This document shows positions 44,687 through 49,124 of a stretch of DNA of 49,124 nt, in pieces (positions within the stretch are counted from its first letter, which is position 1; each line of letters begins with the position of its first letter). Position numbers and translations under genes: made by a program. Below the pieces are notes generated by a model that was not told where the DNA came from, did not search any database, and saw only the letters and a list, made by a program, of their open reading frames with translations. The DNA comes from a phage. Location of the stretch: the sequence record PZ715802.1. One strand, given 5' to 3'.

Positions 44687-45121
44687 TTACAGCCATTCGC
44701 CGGAAACAATGAAATCAGTGAAATCGTCATGATCCAAAATGCTGTGATAGCCAGTGCAATAATCATTTTTAACCATGTTACCACGCAAACGCACATAATC
44801 AGCCTTTCGATCCGTAATCCAACGAATAAAGCGAGCGTTACGTTGTGGTATCGTTCCGGCGTAAGCCTCTTTGAATCCAATGTGTGCGATGAATGCCACA
44901 AAGCGGATTTGCAAGCCTGGATTGTCTTTCTTTGCCTCGTTAACCAGGTCGCGGAAGTTTTCACGCGTTGGCTTGACCGGAACCAATTCGCCTAACTCGA
45001 TCATGCGGTTGAAGTCTGAAACACTGGAAGATGATTCCATAAACAGCCCATCGCTACCAAACATCACAACGCCGCTTTCGATGAAGTAAGTGTGTCCGTT
45101 GTATTTGTTGGTGTATTTCAT
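44687..45121 (-). CDS. hypothetical protein
   Basis: internal ATG of track ORF 44687-45157 with GAGGA RBS; first gene after the minus-strand box at 45153-45195. Confidence 0.5.
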   Translation of the reverse strand: MKYTNKYNGHTYFIESGVVMFGSDGLFMESSSSVSDFNRMIELGELVPVKPTRENFRDLVNEAKKDNPGLQIRFVAFIAHIGFKEAYAGTIPQRNARFIRWITDRKADYVRLRGNMVKNDYCTGYHSILDHDDFTDFIVSGEWL

Positions 45122-45152
45122 CGTGAATTCCTCATTTCGTTTCGATGAAGTA

Positions 45153-45195
45153 ATCATAGCAATTCGCGTCTGATTGGTTTTAACAAAAAGTGCTA
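45153..45195 (-). promoter_or_regulatory. composite box element (minus): TAGCActtttTGTTA, 22 nt, TATGAT
   Basis: palindrome 45181-45195; first promoter of the minus-strand block. Confidence 0.55.
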
Positions 45196-45205
45196 TTCAT
45201 GCAAT

Positions 45206-45233
45206 AGACCGATTGGTCTAGACCGTTTGGTCT
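45206..45233. promoter_or_regulatory. operator-like tandem 14-bp palindromic repeats AGACCGATTGGTCT / AGACCGTTTGGTCT
   Basis: two adjacent copies differing at one base; includes perfect 10-bp palindrome GGTCTAGACC. Confidence 0.45.
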
Positions 45234-45269
45234 AATGAACGCATCGTTTTGTGTATCGAACGCATTCAT

Positions 45270-45297
45270 GATCCTGTTACGTGATCGTTATATGATC
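45270..45297. repeat. cluster of three GATC sites within 28 bp
   Basis: GATC at 45270, 45283, 45294 inside a non-coding region; the phage encodes a Dam-type methyltransferase. Confidence 0.4.
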
Positions 45298-45513
45298 AGA
45301 TGATGATTGATGTGTGAGATTTTGTGATTGAAATTGATTTGATTTGATTAGATTTGAGTAGTGAGTGAGTAGAAATAATCACACCTTGCCGATCAGTGAA
45401 AACTTTTCCCGCAAAACATCACTCCATGCTCCGCGCGTTTCGTTTTGTTCCTCGTTGTTTTCCGCCAGACCTTCCGCAGTTTAGCGCAACGTTACACAAC
45501 ACGTATAACAACA

Positions 45514-45570
45514 AAATATCTATATAATACATTGAAAAGTAAGATAATTATTATTATATATCTATATTGT
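45514..45570 (+). repeat. AT-rich repeat copy B
   Basis: matches copy A at 24742-24799. Confidence 0.6.
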
Positions 45571-45784
45571 TATATAACTTGTTTTGCTTGTTTCTTGTGA
45601 TATTGATACCCATTTGCGGATTGATAGAGTATAAAATTATAAGATAGGTGCTCTTATTTATTATGGGTGATGCTGATTTTTTGCGAAATAGTGTAACGAT
45701 TTAGAACACCGTTGATTTGAAAGGATAAATTTTCAAATCCTGTTATATTGCGTGATGTTTTTGTTGCCTAATCAAAAATAACAC

Positions 45785-45812
45785 TTGACGCATAAGCCAG
45801 GTTTGCTAAGAT
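45785..45812 (+). promoter_or_regulatory. sigma70-like promoter TTGACG-N16-TAAGAT
   Basis: hexamers at 45785-45790 and 45807-45812, about 35 nt upstream of ATG 45847. Confidence 0.45.
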
Positions 45813-45846
45813 TTCTGCATCGAGCAACAACGGAGGATAACCAATC

Positions 45847-46134
45847 ATGGTAAGGGGCAAAATCGTAAAGCGTGACCTATCCATAGTTGATGCAACGCCA
45901 GAAGATGCAACCAAAGATATCATGCGCCTAATGTACATAGCGCGGATAATTGAGGCGGCAAAACCAAACAGGCTGTATTACATCGACGTTAAGGCATCCG
46001 GTCGAGATGTTAACTCATTGCGCCAGGCAATAAACACGATTGCGAAAGAGGATCGCAGAACCATTAAAACAATAACCACTGATAACGGCTATATCGGCTT
46101 TGTTATCATCGACGTTAAAGAAGCGTTTGTGTAA
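45847..46134 (+). CDS. hypothetical protein
   Basis: ORF track; GGAGGA RBS. Confidence 0.5.
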   Translation: MVRGKIVKRDLSIVDATPEDATKDIMRLMYIARIIEAAKPNRLYYIDVKASGRDVNSLRQAINTIAKEDRRTIKTITTDNGYIGFVIIDVKEAFV

Positions 46135-46145
46135 AGAGGTGAATC

Positions 46146-46589
46146 ATGGAACAAATGACAAGTAAAGAGTTTTGCGATAAATTGCGCGAAGCTGCAAGAG
46201 CCGCTGCAACAGGTGAAGTGATCAAGTTGCCAGTTGCCTATATCACAATGCACGTTCAGGCAGAGGACGCAAAGAAACTAAATTCATCATACATCCGCAC
46301 GATCATGAATCGCGTACCGGAAGTAAAAGAGGTTGGATCTGTAAGTGTCAAGAAAAAGACAAGTGATGACGGCGCGGAGTATTACGAGATCGCAATCAAC
46401 CGCGACACAAAACGCCGCATAGTGACAACTAATGACCTTCCGGCAATCAAAGAGCATGAGCGCGAAAAGCTGGTTGAAAAGATTATGCGCATATCGCCAG
46501 ACTTCTCACACCTGGACGATGAAAAGGCACTTGTTGCAATGCGAGCGGTTGCCACGTTCAAAGATCTGATTAAGGAGATCTCAAAGTGA
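46146..46589 (+). CDS. hypothetical protein
   Basis: ORF track; AGAGGTG RBS. Confidence 0.5.
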   Translation: MEQMTSKEFCDKLREAARAAATGEVIKLPVAYITMHVQAEDAKKLNSSYIRTIMNRVPEVKEVGSVSVKKKTSDDGAEYYEIAINRDTKRRIVTTNDLPAIKEHEREKLVEKIMRISPDFSHLDDEKALVAMRAVATFKDLIKEISK

Positions 46590-46822
46590 AAGCATTCGCC
46601 TTTGTCGCTGCAATGTGGTGTGTCGTTATTGATAGTCCTGGCGTGGCGCTGGTTGTTCTTGGCTTGATATTGTTGGGGGCGTTTGATGAATAAGAAACTT
46701 TTAGATCATGCCGTGGTGTTCTTTATCGCTGCTGCTGGATTTTCGCTGTTGTCAATTGCTTTTTCAATCCTTGCTTTTGCTGTGTCAATGCTGAAATGAC
46801 GGATTACATCCTGATTGGTAAA

Positions 46823-46865
46823 TAGCACTTTTTGTTAAAACTCGATTGGGGTAGTTTGGCATAAT
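46823..46865 (+). promoter_or_regulatory. composite box element: TAGCActtttTGTTA, 22 nt, CATAAT
   Basis: palindrome 46823-46837; spacer hairpin ggggta/tacccc. Confidence 0.6.
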
Positions 46866-46897
46866 TACCCCATCGAAACGAAACGAGGAAAACACAA

Positions 46898-47056
46898 TGA
46901 CTACATTAATCACCTGGGAACACGAAGCAAGCCAGCCAGTAACCCGCGAGTTTGAAACTCTTAGCCAGGCTTATTTGCTGGCGGCGAATGGCGGTTATTA
47001 CAAGGCTCAAGTCATTGATGAAATGGGGGTGATTGTTTATGAGTTTAAAGCGTGAT
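46898..47056 (+). CDS. hypothetical small protein (52 aa), not in ORF track
   Basis: ATG 46898 with ACGAGGAAA RBS immediately downstream of box. Confidence 0.35.
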
Positions 47057-47239
47057 GTAGCCTACCAGAGTGCATACGGTACGCGCCAATACAAATGGGA
47101 CGGCTTGCACGTTTGGACGCGCGGATTCCCTGGCGAAATCTGGCGGCTGGCGGCTGGCTGGCCTCAGCCTCAGATGTCAAAGCGCGATCTTGAATATTAT
47201 GTGAACAAAGGCGAATTTAAGGAGTGGGATAATGTTTGA
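47039..47239 (+). CDS. hypothetical protein
   Basis: first ATG of track ORF 47033-47239, which begins with TTG. Confidence 0.4.
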   Translation: MSLKRDVAYQSAYGTRQYKWDGLHVWTRGFPGEIWRLAAGWPQPQMSKRDLEYYVNKGEFKEWDNV

Positions 47240-47489
47240 ACTGAAACGCGTAACTGTTGAGATCCTGAATGATGGCTCTTACGATGGAATGAAACACTTA
47301 ACCTTCCCGATCCGCATTGAGAATTGCATTGATTACGGTATTGAAGTTGGCATGGTTGACGTTCCTCTTGATGCACTTATCGCGGCTGGCTATGACAAAG
47401 AGAAAGGCCAATGCGCCGATATACCGGATAGCTATGAAAGCGACACACATTTTCCGTTCACCTATGGCGAATGCCGGATTGTTGATTGA
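47232..47489 (+). CDS. hypothetical protein
   Basis: ORF track; AAGGAG RBS. Confidence 0.5.
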   Translation: MFELKRVTVEILNDGSYDGMKHLTFPIRIENCIDYGIEVGMVDVPLDALIAAGYDKEKGQCADIPDSYESDTHFPFTYGECRIVD

Positions 47490-47563
47490 GGTTATAAAAT
47501 GAGCAGTTGGCACAATGAGCACGTAATGCAATTCTACCGCCACAGAATAAAGAAAATGATCAA

Positions 47564-47606
47564 TAGCACGAATTGCTAAAACAGAATCCTGGGGTTGCGG
47601 TATAGT
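47564..47606 (+). promoter_or_regulatory. composite box element: TAGCAcgaatTGCTA, 22 nt, TATAGT
   Basis: palindrome 47564-47578; spacer hairpin ggggtt/aacccc. Confidence 0.6.
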
Positions 47607-47638
47607 AACCCCACACCAAACGAAAGAAGGAAATCAAA

Positions 47639-47962
47639 ATGGAATTAGCACGTAACGCAATTTATGGCTTACACCTCAAAGGCGGTAAAGGTTCAACCTA
47701 TGTTCACCTTTTTCATGTGAATGAGCGCAACCAGGTTGATATTGCGATGTATACAGATCAGTTTCTGGTAAAAGGTGAAATGGGCGATAGGTTTAATCCG
47801 CAATTCGTCGAACAAGATCCAACGTATAGCCATGACCATTGGGTTTGTGATGATTACTATAATTTCATCATGGTTGATAGTCACGTTACGGACACGCGGA
47901 AAATAACAGTTAGCGACTATAAGCGCATGACTCGAAAAGTATTGAAGCATAAAGCGCAATAG
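47639..47962 (+). CDS. hypothetical protein
   Basis: ORF track; AAGGAA RBS; stop is TAG of the next box. Confidence 0.5.
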   Translation: MELARNAIYGLHLKGGKGSTYVHLFHVNERNQVDIAMYTDQFLVKGEMGDRFNPQFVEQDPTYSHDHWVCDDYYNFIMVDSHVTDTRKITVSDYKRMTRKVLKHKAQ

Positions 47963-48002
47963 CACAAAATGTTAAGCGGTCATGTGTCCTGATGGGTATA
48001 AT
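47960..48002 (+). promoter_or_regulatory. composite box element, variant: TAGCAcaaaaTGTTA, 22 nt, TATAAT
   Basis: palindrome 47960-47974; spacer hairpin gcggtcat/atgaccgc. Confidence 0.5.
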
Positions 48003-48034
48003 GACCGCATCAACCAACCAAAGGAGAAGTAAAA

Positions 48035-48142
48035 ATGTCTAAAGAGTCTATCAAGCAGTTTCTGAAATACGGTTCTATGATTGTGCTCGCTACCGTTGTG
48101 CTGGCTGGCATCGCGTATAGCATTATTGAGTTTGCGGGGTAA
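48035..48142 (+). CDS. small membrane peptide (35 aa), not in ORF track
   Basis: ATG with AAAGGAGAAG RBS; hydrophobic MIVLATVVLAGIAYSII. Confidence 0.3.
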   Translation: MSKESIKQFLKYGSMIVLATVVLAGIAYSIIEFAG

Positions 48143-48145
48143 TTG

Positions 48146-48709
48146 ATGTTTACGATCAACTTGTGGGGAAGGGATTATGTTAATCCCTATGTTGCGACAA
48201 AACAGCGTTTCGTTATTTTCGACCTAGACGGCACATTGTCAAATGGTGAGCACCGCTTGCACCTGTTGCCAACGGTTGATTTGCATCTTACTGAAAGCTG
48301 GAGTGAGTTTAATCGCGCCGCAAAGGATGATTCACCATTCAGCAATAACATTTCCGTGTGCAACGCCATGTTTGACGCCGGATACCTGGTTATCATCCTA
48401 ACAGGACGTAGTGATGAAGTTGAAGCAGAAACGCGAGCCTGGTTAGCTGAAAACGGCGTTTCTTTCGATTGGCTAATTATGCGCCGCGCGGAGGACAACC
48501 GGAAAGATACAGTAATCAAAGAGGAAGTTTTACGGACTATCGGACTAGATCGCATTGTCGCATGTTGGGATGACTCACCAAACGTTATTGCACACCTGCG
48601 CGGCCTGGGCTTGACTGTTTACCAGGTAATTGACTACGGCGAGCAGTTACACGATCACTTAAAATCTCACGGCGTGGAGGAATTGAGCGATGACAGCAAA
48701 GATAATTGA
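48146..48709 (+). CDS. HAD-superfamily phosphatase
   Basis: track ORF 48143-48709 begins with TTG; ATG at 48146; DxDGT motif in FVIFDLDGTL. Confidence 0.55.
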   Translation: MFTINLWGRDYVNPYVATKQRFVIFDLDGTLSNGEHRLHLLPTVDLHLTESWSEFNRAAKDDSPFSNNISVCNAMFDAGYLVIILTGRSDEVEAETRAWLAENGVSFDWLIMRRAEDNRKDTVIKEEVLRTIGLDRIVACWDDSPNVIAHLRGLGLTVYQVIDYGEQLHDHLKSHGVEELSDDSKDN

Positions 48710-48878
48710 AGATCGGCATGGTGATAACGTGCTTATTTACATCGAAGGGAAATCGGTGTGGATTGACTGCAAATACGAGGATGACACACATTTGCAGTTT
48801 CGCGGAATCTTTGACAAGAAAGGCGCGTTAGAGTTAGCAGAACACATCAAGCGGCTTGCGGAAGAATTACCGGAATAG
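48690..48878 (+). CDS. hypothetical protein
   Basis: ORF track; overlaps end of upstream gene. Confidence 0.4.
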   Translation: MTAKIIEDRHGDNVLIYIEGKSVWIDCKYEDDTHLQFRGIFDKKGALELAEHIKRLAEELPE

Positions 48879-49074
48879 AGTATTTATTATGTTGACTTTT
48901 ATCTTGATCGCTATCGTTTTAATTCTGTATGTTTGCGGCGCTTTCCTGATGCGAGCGCTACTAAAAGAGGCTGACGCTGATGACAAGGATAGTTGGAAGC
49001 CGATTGTTTTGTGGCCTGGCTATATCATCGTGCCAATTTACGAGCTAATCCGCGATGGTGAGTTTAAATGGTAA
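48856..49074 (+). CDS. small membrane protein (start uncertain, 48856 or 48890)
   Basis: ORF track; hydrophobic MLTFILIAIVLILYVCGAFLM. Confidence 0.4.
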   Translation: MRKNYRNRVFIMLTFILIAIVLILYVCGAFLMRALLKEADADDKDSWKPIVLWPGYIIVPIYELIRDGEFKW

Positions 49075-49117
49075 ATAGCACTTTTTGCTAAAACTTGCTA
49101 AGGCACATTTGATAAAG
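49075..49117 (+). promoter_or_regulatory. composite box element: TAGCActtttTGCTA, 22 nt, TAAAGT; no downstream gene inside the window
   Basis: palindrome 49075-49089; spacer hairpin aggcaca/tgtgcct; would drive the gene at 29 if the ends are joined. Confidence 0.55.
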
Positions 49118-49124
49118 TGTGCCT

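Noticed and set aside
1085-49117. Possibility that the 17 repeated box elements form a CRISPR array or are miniature mobile elements
   Set aside because: Copies are 0.4 to 20 kb apart, present on both strands, always oriented toward an adjacent gene start, and lack flanking direct repeats; this pattern fits promoters, not CRISPR repeats or transposons.
1-49124. Integrase, repressor/immunity region or attachment site indicating a temperate phage or prophage
   Set aside because: No recombinase-sized ORF with recognisable integrase motifs and no lysogeny cassette seen; every large ORF is assigned to structure, replication, recombination or lysis. Distant homologues cannot be excluded without a search.
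1-49124. tRNA or rRNA genes
   Set aside because: No rRNA-length non-coding segment exists, and the two long non-coding regions are AT-rich low-complexity sequence without obvious cloverleaf features; this was a visual scan only, so a tRNA search should still be run.

Overview
The window reads as a complete or near-complete genome of a virulent, T1-like (Drexlerviridae-type) siphovirus of enterobacteria, about 49 kb, with no integrase or lysogeny module seen. All calls are from reading the sequence and the ORF track by eye; no database search or structure prediction was run, so product names rest on recognised motifs and gene order. Layout: (1) 29-4537, small early genes on the + strand plus a P-loop nucleotide kinase; (2) 4628-24619, the late structural operon (small and large terminase, portal, head genes, capsid, tail genes with a lambda-like M-L-K-I-J tip cluster), punctuated by intrinsic terminators; (3) 25081-27675, a recombination module (PD-(D/E)XK exonuclease, Erf, SSB); (4) 27709-31820 on the - strand, tail fibre, primase and an HTH protein; (5) 31909-38557, helicase, VRR-NUC nuclease, Dam methyltransferase, an HTH-metallophosphoesterase and the lysis cassette (holin, SAR endolysin, unimolecular spanin); (6) 38571-45121 on the - strand, an accessory block of about 15 mostly small genes including a Walker-A ATPase and a compact C5-methyltransferase-like protein; (7) 45847-49074, further small + strand genes and a HAD phosphatase. 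The most distinctive feature is a 17-copy composite intergenic element (TAGCA-N5-TGYTA palindrome, about 22 bp usually forming a hairpin, then a -10-like hexamer) placed in the correct orientation before non-structural genes on both strands and absent from the structural operon. I could not pin down a single named novel system; the best candidates are this element family with its unknown binding factor, the minus-strand accessory island, and the repeat-rich non-coding region at 45158-45846.
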